A model generated the notes under the pieces. The model saw only the letters and a list, made by a program, of their open reading frames with translations, did no database searches and had not been told where the DNA came from. From positions 66,232 through 130,231 of the forward strand of contig JAOTTD010000001.1 in the NCBI GenBank assembly GCA_029864565.1: 64,000 bases of DNA, in the 5' to 3' direction. How positions within the stretch are numbered: position 1 is the first letter of the stretch; each line of letters begins with the position of its first letter. Of the stretch, positions 26,457 through 35,414 are shown piece after piece. Source of the DNA: Thermoplasmata archaeon. Lineage in GTDB: Archaea > Thermoplasmatota > Thermoplasmata > UBA10834. The position numbers and the translations under genes were made by a program.

Positions 26457-28283
26457 CTATCCGTACCATTCGCGGTATTCCGGCGTGTAGAACGTCAACG
26501 ACCCCAGCTCGGACAGGTCGGCGAGAGAGCTGGCCACGACGGCCGTGCGGGAAACCGTGTAGAGCGCGTCGTCTATGTACAGCGACCGTGTAATCCTGCC
26601 GTATTGGTCGAGGGAATCATGTGATATCTTCCCCCAGAGGAATATGCCCTCCTCGGCAGACACATTGAAGGCCCAGGCTGCCGACTGGTAAGAGTAGTCA
26701 ACCGTGTAGTCGTATGTTGTGATTGGAATCACCAGCAGGGACCTTGCAGGATCGTACAGCATCGCCTTATGGTCGCTGCTGACAGGCGTCCATGACATAT
26801 CATCCGCCACGTAGCTGTCCTTCTCAATCGGCATTGCAGGGTCGGAGACATCGAATAGGGACAGCTTGACGTGACCGTCCTGGCTGCCTATGCCTATCAC
26901 CAAACCGTCGCCGATTGGATGCAGGTAAGATGAGAAACCAGGGATCTTGAGCTCGCCCACCACGACAGGTGCGATGGGGTCGCTCAAGTCGATGACGAAC
27001 AGCGGATCGACCTGTCTGAACGTAACGAGATAGAGTGTGTCGCCGAGGAACCGCGAAGCATAGATGCGTTCCGTTGGAGCTAATCCTTCCAGCGACCCAA
27101 TGATCGACAGGTCTGATCCGAGGACGTACACATTGTTCTCTGACTCCATCCAAGATGTCGTTGTAGCCACCCTGAGCATTCCGTCCATCTCGTCCATTGA
27201 GAACTGGTTCAGCAGCCAGCCCTTCACATTGCCCGTGGCAACGGCCTCCATCGTCAGCCTGTCGACGGCAATCTTGTGTATCGTGGTTCTTGTGGTACTT
27301 TCGTCCTCTGCAGCGGCCTCTCCATCGACCCACAACAGTTCGCCGACCCACTTACGATAGGTAAGGTACATGGCATCTTGGGACATGTAGACAGTTGACG
27401 CAAAGCCCGTGATCACAGACATCTCCCTGTGCTTGCCATCCGACGCGTCAACGGCCATCAGGTTCACGAAGGCGTCCGTGCACTGAGTCTCGCCATCGTA
27501 ATGCACTTTGTCGATGTCGAACTCCTTGCGGGAATCCCGGTTCCATGCATTCGGAACCGATATCCTGTCGTCCACCTCATATATCCCCCATTGGGCCACG
27601 AGGTAGACGACGCCGTCAATCATTCTAGAAGTCAGATGCCACCCCGATACCCCGATCGAGAAGTCCAACTGCGGGGCAGAAGGCTCGGTCAGGTCGAAGA
27701 CCGAGACAATGGCCCTATGGTGGTTCACTATGCGCGTGGTGGGTTGCACAAAGTACCAAAACTCCTCAGTCTCTTCGTACTCGTACACGTTAGACACGAC
27801 GACTAGCTTGCTGCTCCAAACGTACACCCCGGAGACGGAGAGACTCACATCGTTCGGCTCGAATCCGAGTATCTCGCCTGCCCCGATCACCGCGATGGCC
27901 TCCATGCTGTCCTCTGGTTGCGCATCGATGATCGTCACATCCCCGTTCGAGACGACAAAGATATGTTCTCCATCGGTCTTCACCAAATCGGCCTCGTCGA
28001 CGCCGTATACTTGGACGTTCGTCGTTGAGTAGGAGCTGGAGCCGTCCATTGCAGCCGGGGTCAGGAGCTCCCTTGTTTCCGGAGAATACGTCGCGTACTC
28101 CCCATCGTTCCTAGTGGCGTCGATGAAGCTCTGCAACTCTCCGTAGGATGAGAACTGGGCGAGGCTGCCATCGGACGAAATCGAATACTCATCGCTTTCT
28201 CTGAGCGCATAGGCAATCGTCCCTCCGGTGACGACGACCGAGGCGACGCACAGGACCAGCGCGGCTTTGAGGTAATTGTCCAT
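26457..28283 (-). CDS. Secreted/anchored beta-propeller-domain protein
   Basis: An N-terminal TM/signal (MDNYLKAALVLCVASVVV) is followed by about 580 aa that look like a repeat-rich beta-propeller protein. The start is set at the internal Met preceding the TM. Confidence 0.5.
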   Translation of the reverse strand: MDNYLKAALVLCVASVVVTGGTIAYALRESDEYSISSDGSLAQFSSYGELQSFIDATRNDGEYATYSPETRELLTPAAMDGSSSYSTTNVQVYGVDEADLVKTDGEHIFVVSNGDVTIIDAQPEDSMEAIAVIGAGEILGFEPNDVSLSVSGVYVWSSKLVVVSNVYEYEETEEFWYFVQPTTRIVNHHRAIVSVFDLTEPSAPQLDFSIGVSGWHLTSRMIDGVVYLVAQWGIYEVDDRISVPNAWNRDSRKEFDIDKVHYDGETQCTDAFVNLMAVDASDGKHREMSVITGFASTVYMSQDAMYLTYRKWVGELLWVDGEAAAEDESTTRTTIHKIAVDRLTMEAVATGNVKGWLLNQFSMDEMDGMLRVATTTSWMESENNVYVLGSDLSIIGSLEGLAPTERIYASRFLGDTLYLVTFRQVDPLFVIDLSDPIAPVVVGELKIPGFSSYLHPIGDGLVIGIGSQDGHVKLSLFDVSDPAMPIEKDSYVADDMSWTPVSSDHKAMLYDPARSLLVIPITTYDYTVDYSYQSAAWAFNVSAEEGIFLWGKISHDSLDQYGRITRSLYIDDALYTVSRTAVVASSLADLSELGSLTFYTPEYREWYG

Positions 28284-28476
28284 GGTAATCGAAACACCAT
28301 TCGGCGCCGGCGTATTTATATGCCATTTTCTCGTTGACTTCGAAGTCAACGTCTCTGGCTAGGCATCGCTTCCGCAGTTCTCACGCGTCGTCAGAAGCCG
28401 ACGTTCAGAAGCCGTTGGCTGAGCAGACAAGAATCTAATACCGCCACGTGGTTTCCTCATGACGGGTACCTGCGAG

Positions 28477-29523
28477 ATGTCGGAACGTCCTTCGAGAAAC
28501 ACGATTCATCGCATATTGGTGGGCAATTCACAGGAGATGAAGGAGGTCGAGTCGGCGTCCGTCGACCTCGTGGTGACCTCTCCGCCATACCCGATGATTG
28601 AGATGTGGGACGAGACCTTTTACCTGCTCAACAGAGACATAAGAGGGAGGATGCGGCAGGACGACGGGAGGGGTGCCCACGAACTGATGCATGATGAGCT
28701 CGACGCGGTGTGGAGAGAGGCCGATCGCGTGCTAAAGGACGGGGCCGTTGCATGCATCAACATCGGAGACGCCACCAGGACCATCGGAAGCCAGTTCCAG
28801 CTCTTCCCGAACCACACACGTGTGACTGAGCGATTCCGAGAGCTTGGATTCTTCAGCCTGCCATCCATCATCTGGAGGAAGCCCACAAACGCGCCGAATA
28901 AGTTCATGGGGTCTGGCATGCTTCCGCCAGGAGCGTACGTTACTTTGGAGCATGAGCACATCCTCGTATTCAGGAAGGGAGAGAGGCGGCGATTCGCTTC
29001 GGAGGCCGAGAAGGCCAACAGGAACGAGAGCGCCTTTTTTTGGGAGGAGAGAAACCTGTGGTTCTCGGATGTATGGACGAATCTCCGAGGAGTCAGTCAG
29101 AAGCTCGACCGCGACAATATCAGGAGGAGGAGTGGTGCGTTTCCGTTCGAGCTGCCGTACAGGCTAATCAATATGTACTCGGCGAAGCTCGACGTCGTAC
29201 TAGACCCGTTCCTCGGAACAGGGACAACGACGCTTGCGGCCATCGCATCCGCGAGGAACAGCATCGGGTATGAGATGGAGGGAGCCCTGCTTGGAGTTGT
29301 GAAAGAGAGGCTCGCCGGATTCGAGGACATCGCCAACGATTACATCGGCTGTAGGATCGCCGCACATAACGAGTTCGTCGCAGGACGGGATTGCGGGTTC
29401 GCCAACGAGCCTCACGGCTTCCGATGCACGAGCGCTCAGGAGACGGGCATGAGGTTCGATCACTTGGACTCCGTGGACGCGGCCGACCTCACAAACATCA
29501 GGGCCGTCTACAGTGAACTCTGA
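28477..29523 (+). CDS. DNA methyltransferase, N6-adenine/N4-cytosine (beta class), apparently orphan
   Basis: Motif IV (SPPYP) is N-terminal and motif I (DPFLGTGTT) is C-terminal, which is the beta-class order of PF01555. A C-terminal extension of about 100 aa is present. No restriction-endonuclease-like ORF is adjacent. Confidence 0.8.
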   Translation: MSERPSRNTIHRILVGNSQEMKEVESASVDLVVTSPPYPMIEMWDETFYLLNRDIRGRMRQDDGRGAHELMHDELDAVWREADRVLKDGAVACINIGDATRTIGSQFQLFPNHTRVTERFRELGFFSLPSIIWRKPTNAPNKFMGSGMLPPGAYVTLEHEHILVFRKGERRRFASEAEKANRNESAFFWEERNLWFSDVWTNLRGVSQKLDRDNIRRRSGAFPFELPYRLINMYSAKLDVVLDPFLGTGTTTLAAIASARNSIGYEMEGALLGVVKERLAGFEDIANDYIGCRIAAHNEFVAGRDCGFANEPHGFRCTSAQETGMRFDHLDSVDAADLTNIRAVYSEL

Positions 29524-29531
29524 CGATGGAT

Positions 29532-31433
29532 TCAGTTGTCGCTCGAACTCACGACAGGCGGACTCGCCGTGATCGGAGCCGAGTGCGCATGACCCCCAGA
29601 TTCTGGCCAGCGTTCGAACACGTGTTCGAGCTTGTCGAGGATCATGTACGAGAGACCTCCGAGTAGCCCGATCATGACTGCTTGTGGTATAAACATCCAC
29701 CACCAGCCGCTAATGAGCCCGCCTTCGTTGTACGCATCGGTTATCACGCTAGCCCAACCCACGTCGATCAAGTCGCGGATGGAGAACATGAAGTTGCCGT
29801 GAGGAAGTAGCATCTCAACCATAACTGCGGACAAGAACCCGAACAAGACGACGAACTTGGTGATGTGCAGCGACCTGGCAATCACTCCAGGAAGGGGCAT
29901 CGTCGCGGCTCCCTCACGAATCTCCGATGCTATCTCGGCCAGAAGCGTCCTTGTAGCTTCGGCCTTGGCAAATGGCGCGGAAATCCAAGCAATGAACATA
30001 ACGATAAAAAGGGCGATAGAACTGCCCGTCAGGACCCCGGCGATTGACGACAATAAGAATATCAGCGCGATGAACACATCCGCGAGAATCCATACTACCC
30101 AGCTTATGGACCGCACCATCGTGATGTCGAGTCTCCTCGCGTAGCCACCGACAAAAGTGCTCGACATTCCTACCACCAGCGCTAGCGCGGCCACAATTAT
30201 CACGATGGAGATAGAATCCGCGGAATCGTACAGCAACATGCTATAGATGTCGCGACCCAAAGAATTGGTACCGAGTGGGTGAATTACCCCAGAGTCCGGC
30301 GATGGGCTAAGAGATGGCTCTGCAAGGATATCTCCCATTAATGAACTCGGGTCATATGGGTCCTTCACTGTTGCCAGCAAAGGCGCAAGAAGTGAGATCA
30401 CTATCAATAGAATGAAAGCCGCCATAGCGCACATGCCGGTCCGGCTCTTCCTGTATGCAGCCCACACACGCCTGATGGTCAGAAGGTTGATGTGCGTTCT
30501 AAATCCGGCGCGACGCCTACTAGTCTCAGCCTTCTCAGGCAAATGTCGCACGGAATGCGGTCCGGAAGCGAGAATGATTGTGATATCGAGAACGAGAAAC
30601 ATAATCAGCATAATCGAGCTTACAATGAATGCGCATGCCATGAAGACCGGGGGATCATACATTATTGAGCGGAACATCACGGCTCCAATCCCATCATATC
30701 TGGCGAGCGATTCAATCGCGAGAACGGAGGTCATCACAAGCGCGAGGAAGAATGACATTACTGCGGCGGTTCGCGACGTCGCCATAGCTCTCAAGGTGCG
30801 CCTCATGAAATTCACGCTCCGATCGGAGGACATAGGACGTACCACCCTCTCGAACACGAGGACAGCCGCGGCTGCGATGGATATCATGCAGGAGAGGAAA
30901 AGCGCTAATTCAAGGACACTTTCGACAGCGAGATCAGACCATTCATTAACCGCTAAGGTGAAGGCGAAGTATAACACGACGACCGGGAAGACGGCTAGAA
31001 CCAAGGCCACTACCCGCATGATCCTTCCGGGCGCACCTCCCAGGCGTCTTTCGGCCAGCCACGCGTAGCCGAATCCGGCGACGATAACAAAGGCGGTGAC
31101 GACAATCAACCGCACGGCAGTCGCGAAGACATCGTGGTAGATGAAATCGGAAGTTGATTCAAGAGGCCGCACGCCAGCAGATAGGAAGAATTCGCCCGAG
31201 ATCATCTTAACCATGAAATTGATGTATTGATCCCCTCTCGGTTCGCCAATCTTGAGGTCATCGAGTATGGCTTCGGTTCGGACGTCGGGGTCCAAAGGCC
31301 GCAGCCTTGCTTCATCGCCGACGACAAAGAACATCAGGTAGGTCAGCGTCAGAACCAGGAACACCGCTACGAGGAAGACCACTATCCTGCCAGCTATCAA
31401 GAGAAGGGTATTCCTATCCAAGGTCGCCACCAC
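29532..31433 (-). CDS. Fused polytopic ABC-type permease (DppB-like + DppC-like halves), no cognate ATPase or binding protein adjacent
   Basis: The protein is 633 aa with roughly 12 TM segments. The second half begins with the OppC-type N-terminal signature (DPYDPSSLMGDILAEPS...LGTNSLGRDIYSML). The first half resembles DppB. It is divergent from the canonical permeases at 13-15 kb. Confidence 0.55.
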   Translation of the reverse strand: MVATLDRNTLLLIAGRIVVFLVAVFLVLTLTYLMFFVVGDEARLRPLDPDVRTEAILDDLKIGEPRGDQYINFMVKMISGEFFLSAGVRPLESTSDFIYHDVFATAVRLIVVTAFVIVAGFGYAWLAERRLGGAPGRIMRVVALVLAVFPVVVLYFAFTLAVNEWSDLAVESVLELALFLSCMISIAAAAVLVFERVVRPMSSDRSVNFMRRTLRAMATSRTAAVMSFFLALVMTSVLAIESLARYDGIGAVMFRSIMYDPPVFMACAFIVSSIMLIMFLVLDITIILASGPHSVRHLPEKAETSRRRAGFRTHINLLTIRRVWAAYRKSRTGMCAMAAFILLIVISLLAPLLATVKDPYDPSSLMGDILAEPSLSPSPDSGVIHPLGTNSLGRDIYSMLLYDSADSISIVIIVAALALVVGMSSTFVGGYARRLDITMVRSISWVVWILADVFIALIFLLSSIAGVLTGSSIALFIVMFIAWISAPFAKAEATRTLLAEIASEIREGAATMPLPGVIARSLHITKFVVLFGFLSAVMVEMLLPHGNFMFSIRDLIDVGWASVITDAYNEGGLISGWWWMFIPQAVMIGLLGGLSYMILDKLEHVFERWPESGGHAHSAPITASPPVVSSSDN

Positions 31434-31539
31434 CCACCAGGTTCTCGGCTAGTCGCACCTTCACTAATCAGGGCTAGGGCTAATAAGAATTCCCATGGAT
31501 TACCTGTCAAGGATGACATCGCTGCATAGCGGTGAGATG

Positions 31540-32934
31540 CTAAGGTTTGTCAAGTTCCGATGGCTCCAGCTTCAAGCCGATGGCAGCCATGTCCCGCTTG
31601 TACCTCTTGATGAGCGCGGCGTATTCCTTGCTCGGCCTCCTCTTCGTGGCGTTCCAGCACTCCTGGAGCGGCTTGCCGAGAGGCGGCGATGTGAGCTTGC
31701 GCTCGTACTTCTTCAGCAGCTTCTTGGCCATCTCGTTCGCGTCGGACCGCTTCATCCCAGCGACGGCGTGTCCTACCTCGGCCGATATCCTCGGCTCGAC
31801 CGGCGTTACACGATCCTCGTACTTGTTCGTCGCGACCCCGACAGATTCCATCGACAATCCGGAGACGACGGCGGCCATGACAGAGGCGGATGTCTCGTAC
31901 AGGCACATTGGCGTGCACGGACCCGCTGCAGTGTAGTTGAGGCTTATGCTGAGCAGATCGGTGTTTCTGCTTATCGCCTGCCCCATTGTGCTGATGGTCC
32001 ACAGCATCTCCCTGCTGCTGTTGGATACGTAGCGGAGATGCAGAGGGAACGGTATGAGATAGCTCGTCTGCAGCGTGAGCACGCCCATCAGGTGCGTCGC
32101 CACCGTCCCGACCGCAGTGCCCTCGGGTCCGCCCGAGTAACCCCCCAGCAACGGCGAGAAGTCCATACCGATCGGAGCGCCAATAGAATGCGCGATGACA
32201 GCCTTGTTCAGCCTGGCGAAGTCTACCTTCATAGGGTCCATGCTGGCAATCATGAATCCGTCGGACGGTCTGAGGCCGAACCTCGGATGAACAGCCGCGG
32301 CGAGCGATACGTCGGACTCCGCCGTTGCGAGCGTGTTCATGAAGGGCTTGCCCTCCCGGCCCACTCGATTGCACGCCTCCCTGCCCAATGTGGCGTTCCT
32401 CATCGTCGCATAGAGCTCCAGAGGCGAAGCGGGTCTCACACGCATTCCGCTGACCCTAGTTAGCGCGGGCGTGGTAATCGAGTTGGTCTGCGGTATCTCC
32501 GCGAAGCCTTCCATCAGCGTCAGGAACGACTCGTCACTGGAGACTGGCCCTCCGGCAGCCCCCAACAGGCACCATGGCGGTGTCTTGTCCCCGATCTTCC
32601 TGGGGACCATCGCTTTCCTGTCACGGCCTTCACCGAAGAACACCTTGGATGGCGCGTTCCGCAATGCCTCGCGCACTTCGGATTCGGTAAAGGATATCAC
32701 CCTGCTGCTGTCCATACAGTACGCGCCCACATCGACCAAGAGTTCGAGGCCTGCCTCGAAAAGGTCGTCTGCGATGGAGTTTTCGTTCGGGATCGGATTC
32801 TCCGAATCGAACTCTATCTTGTACTCCCTGACCTTCTCCGCCACCTTGGGGGCGTATCTCCTCAGCTGATAGTCGTTCTCACTCAACGGAACGCCGTTGA
32901 GAGCCTTCTCCATGACATCGAGTACTTGCACCAT
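31540..32934 (-). CDS. Monomethylamine methyltransferase MtmB homolog, full-length, without pyrrolysine
   Basis: Blocks match MtmB along the full length: DDLFEAGLELLVDVGAYCMDSSRV, GEGRDRKAMVPRKIGDKTPPW, LGGYSGGPEGTAVGTVATHLMGVL, AGPCTPMCLYETSAS and GKPLQECWNATKRRPSKEY. The frame is uninterrupted over 464 codons. ATG at 32934 follows a GGGGGA RBS. Confidence 0.8.
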   Translation of the reverse strand: MVQVLDVMEKALNGVPLSENDYQLRRYAPKVAEKVREYKIEFDSENPIPNENSIADDLFEAGLELLVDVGAYCMDSSRVISFTESEVREALRNAPSKVFFGEGRDRKAMVPRKIGDKTPPWCLLGAAGGPVSSDESFLTLMEGFAEIPQTNSITTPALTRVSGMRVRPASPLELYATMRNATLGREACNRVGREGKPFMNTLATAESDVSLAAAVHPRFGLRPSDGFMIASMDPMKVDFARLNKAVIAHSIGAPIGMDFSPLLGGYSGGPEGTAVGTVATHLMGVLTLQTSYLIPFPLHLRYVSNSSREMLWTISTMGQAISRNTDLLSISLNYTAAGPCTPMCLYETSASVMAAVVSGLSMESVGVATNKYEDRVTPVEPRISAEVGHAVAGMKRSDANEMAKKLLKKYERKLTSPPLGKPLQECWNATKRRPSKEYAALIKRYKRDMAAIGLKLEPSELDKP

Positions 32935-33006
32935 CACATATCCCCCTGGCTCCTAAGGCCGAACACGACAGAGCTTGTACGAGATAAAACCTTTGTCATC
33001 CAGGGT

Positions 33007-33774
33007 TCAAAACAGGATCGAAAGACATGTGAGCGCGCCGTCGCACTTCTCAAATTCGCTGACATCCACGGGTATCACTTTGAACCCGGCGCTCTCCACC
33101 AGGCGCTGCGATTCCCTGCGGCCCGCTGGCATGAGGACGGTGTCGTCGATTGCGAGGGTGTCGGCGGCGTACTCCTCCCCCTTTGGGACGACGATGACGT
33201 CCATGCCACGCAAAGCGGGATGGTTTGAGTACTTCTCCGTGGCTATGAGGGTCCCCTCTCCGAGGTAGGTCACGTGACTCTTCAGATGCATCATCTCCTC
33301 ATCCTCGATCGCATCGACCTTCACAGCGAGCCACTCACCCATCAGACGGATCCCTTCGGCGTTCGTACGCTGGCTCAGACCGCTGATCAGGCGATCGGGA
33401 AGATGCACGACGTCGCCTCCTTCCACAGTCGCAGGAGCCTCAGCCCGCCTGGTGGAGAGGTAGTCCTCCAGCTTAGCCTCCACCGCGTCTTCCTCTCCCC
33501 TCCGACTGGGCGCGCCCATCCGGGTGATGAGCGCCTTTGGCCCATGCACAACTGCGCAGTCCTCGACGAAACACGAATCCGGGTGAAAGTCATCCTGCGG
33601 AAGCACGATGACTTCCAGGCCGAGGTCTGCGAGGATCGCTTTGTAGACCGCATGCTGCTCGCGAGCTTTCTTCAGGTCTACCGTGCCGCGCATCGGATGG
33701 CATGACAGACATTTGACATAGTTCGCACCCGGAGGGCGGATGAGCGCCTTTCTGTACTTCATGATTATCACCAA
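33007..33774 (-). CDS. Dimethylarginine dimethylaminohydrolase (DDAH)-like amidinohydrolase (guanidino-group modifying superfamily)
   Basis: At 255 aa, the C-terminal ...KCDGALTCLSILF matches the DDAH catalytic-Cys motif (G-x-L-T-C-C/L-S). The N-terminal half resembles DDAH/amidinotransferase. It lies 72 nt upstream of the MtmB-like gene. Confidence 0.65.
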   Translation of the reverse strand: MVIIMKYRKALIRPPGANYVKCLSCHPMRGTVDLKKAREQHAVYKAILADLGLEVIVLPQDDFHPDSCFVEDCAVVHGPKALITRMGAPSRRGEEDAVEAKLEDYLSTRRAEAPATVEGGDVVHLPDRLISGLSQRTNAEGIRLMGEWLAVKVDAIEDEEMMHLKSHVTYLGEGTLIATEKYSNHPALRGMDVIVVPKGEEYAADTLAIDDTVLMPAGRRESQRLVESAGFKVIPVDVSEFEKCDGALTCLSILF

Positions 33775-33802
33775 TCGCTCGAGTTAGCAGGGAGTCAGAC
33801 GC

Positions 33803-34231
33803 TCAATCCCGGCCCTTCTGCTCGGCCTTCGCCTCCTTCTTCAGCCTCTTCTCCTCGGCCTTCGCCTTCTTCTTTACAGCCTTGCTGTCGGGTTCCTTCA
33901 CTCGTGGCAGCTCCGAGGGCGGTGCCTGGGGCGCCGGCCGTTTCTCGGCGGAATCCACGGGCTTTTCGTATGCGACGGAAAGCTGGCTGTCGCGGGCCGA
34001 TGGCTCGGACGCCTCCTCATCGGTAACCCTCGCAGCAATCAGCCGCCAGGCCAGAAGCAACACTAGGACGAACAGCCCAACCCCGAGGAAGGTCAGAAGG
34101 TACCACGGCTTCGGCTCCATGACCGCATAGATTATGGCGATAACCGCTGCGGCTATGAGCCCTCCCAACACCTTCTTGAACACGTCCTTTGTGTCCTCTC
34201 CTGTCCAGGGCATCGCGATGGCGAATGCCAT
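33803..34231 (-). CDS. Small membrane protein with Lys/Glu-rich C-terminal tail
   Basis: Two TM helices are followed by ...KKKAKAEEKRLKKEAKAEQKGRD. It lies 28 nt upstream of the DDAH-like gene. Confidence 0.45.
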   Translation of the reverse strand: MAFAIAMPWTGEDTKDVFKKVLGGLIAAAVIAIIYAVMEPKPWYLLTFLGVGLFVLVLLLAWRLIAARVTDEEASEPSARDSQLSVAYEKPVDSAEKRPAPQAPPSELPRVKEPDSKAVKKKAKAEEKRLKKEAKAEQKGRD

Positions 34232-34301
34232 TTGTCTGTATTAATTATGAGCCCAGGAGAGACCCAAAAAACCATTTCAGATGAGGTTGGTATCGTAGCG
34301 G

Positions 34302-35414
34302 ATGCTTAAGAGAGATATCAACCGCGCCGTGGAACAGTCAACCAGGAGACTCTTCAAGGTTGCGGTCCCGCCCGTGAAGTTCTGGCTCCTGACCTATGTG
34401 ATGGGGAAAGGCATTGAGGATCACGAGGTGCAGAAGGCTCTGGAAGAAACCAAGAAGTACGGTCCTAGGGTGAAGTTGCTCGACAAGCTCAGGGAGGACG
34501 GAACCTGGCCAATCTCGAGTCAGAGGAAGGCGGAGGAGAATGCCGGTCCTGGACCGCCGTACGGCTGGACATACATCACCATGCTCAGAAATCTGTTCTG
34601 GCTCATCGAGTACTGCGCGGACCCCGATGAGGGATACATCGAGGAATCCCTGGACAAGATACTATCATGGCAGGATGACGAGGGGTTCATCAAGGGGCCA
34701 ATGGATGACATGATACCCCGGCCCCACTACAACGGGTTCGCGTTGGCGGTCCTGAGAGGATTCGGCAGGAAACGAACGGAGCCCGGAATAAGCCGGATAG
34801 CGGACTGGCTCTTCCGAAGCCAACGTGCCGACGGCGGCTGGAACATCCCGTACCTCCAAGATATGCGGTACCTTCCCGAGTACAAGTCCATGAAGCTTGG
34901 GAAATTCAAGGAGATGGTCAGCCAGGGCAAGACAGTCGAGTACGCAGCCGAGGATTATGATCATATCCCGAGCTGCTATTGGACCACGGTCGGCGTTCTC
35001 AGGGGCTTGGGGTGGATTCCGAGTCACGAGCGCATCAACGACTCGAGGCGCGGCGGGAGCTTCGTTCTCAACGGCTTCTTCAAGAGGAACTATCATCCGG
35101 GATTCTACAAATCTGAGATCAACTGGAGGGTCCTCAAGTTCCCTACATACTACGGGAGTGGATTGACTGCCCTCGACTCCCTTGTCTACTTGGGTTTCGG
35201 GCCGGAGGAACATAGAATGGAAATGCCCATTAGATGGCTCCTCAGCGCCCGAGCGAAAGACGGTTTCTGGTACCAGACCGAACGCCCACACGCTCTGAAT
35301 GACCAGTGGCTCACAGTCGTAACATTGTGTGTTCTTTCGTTCTACTCGAGAGACCGAGGACAGTGGGCAATGAGTGAGACGGAGGGCCCATTATACCAGC
35401 TCAGAGTGCAGTGA
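34302..35414 (+). CDS. Alpha/alpha-toroid repeat protein (prenyltransferase / squalene-cyclase-like DGxW repeats)
   Basis: Repeated xDGxW motifs are present (REDGTWPIS, DDEGFIKG, RADGGWNIPY, AKDGFWYQTE). The function is not assignable. Confidence 0.45.
   Translation: MLKRDINRAVEQSTRRLFKVAVPPVKFWLLTYVMGKGIEDHEVQKALEETKKYGPRVKLLDKLREDGTWPISSQRKAEENAGPGPPYGWTYITMLRNLFWLIEYCADPDEGYIEESLDKILSWQDDEGFIKGPMDDMIPRPHYNGFALAVLRGFGRKRTEPGISRIADWLFRSQRADGGWNIPYLQDMRYLPEYKSMKLGKFKEMVSQGKTVEYAAEDYDHIPSCYWTTVGVLRGLGWIPSHERINDSRRGGSFVLNGFFKRNYHPGFYKSEINWRVLKFPTYYGSGLTALDSLVYLGFGPEEHRMEMPIRWLLSARAKDGFWYQTERPHALNDQWLTVVTLCVLSFYSRDRGQWAMSETEGPLYQLRVQ

Noticed and set aside
31495-32463. 322-aa plus-strand ORF, together with the 274-aa minus-strand ORF at 31550-32374, overlapping the MtmB-like gene
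   Set aside because: The MtmB-like frame has end-to-end family similarity. These overlapping frames are Arg-rich, lack motifs and are out of frame or antisense.
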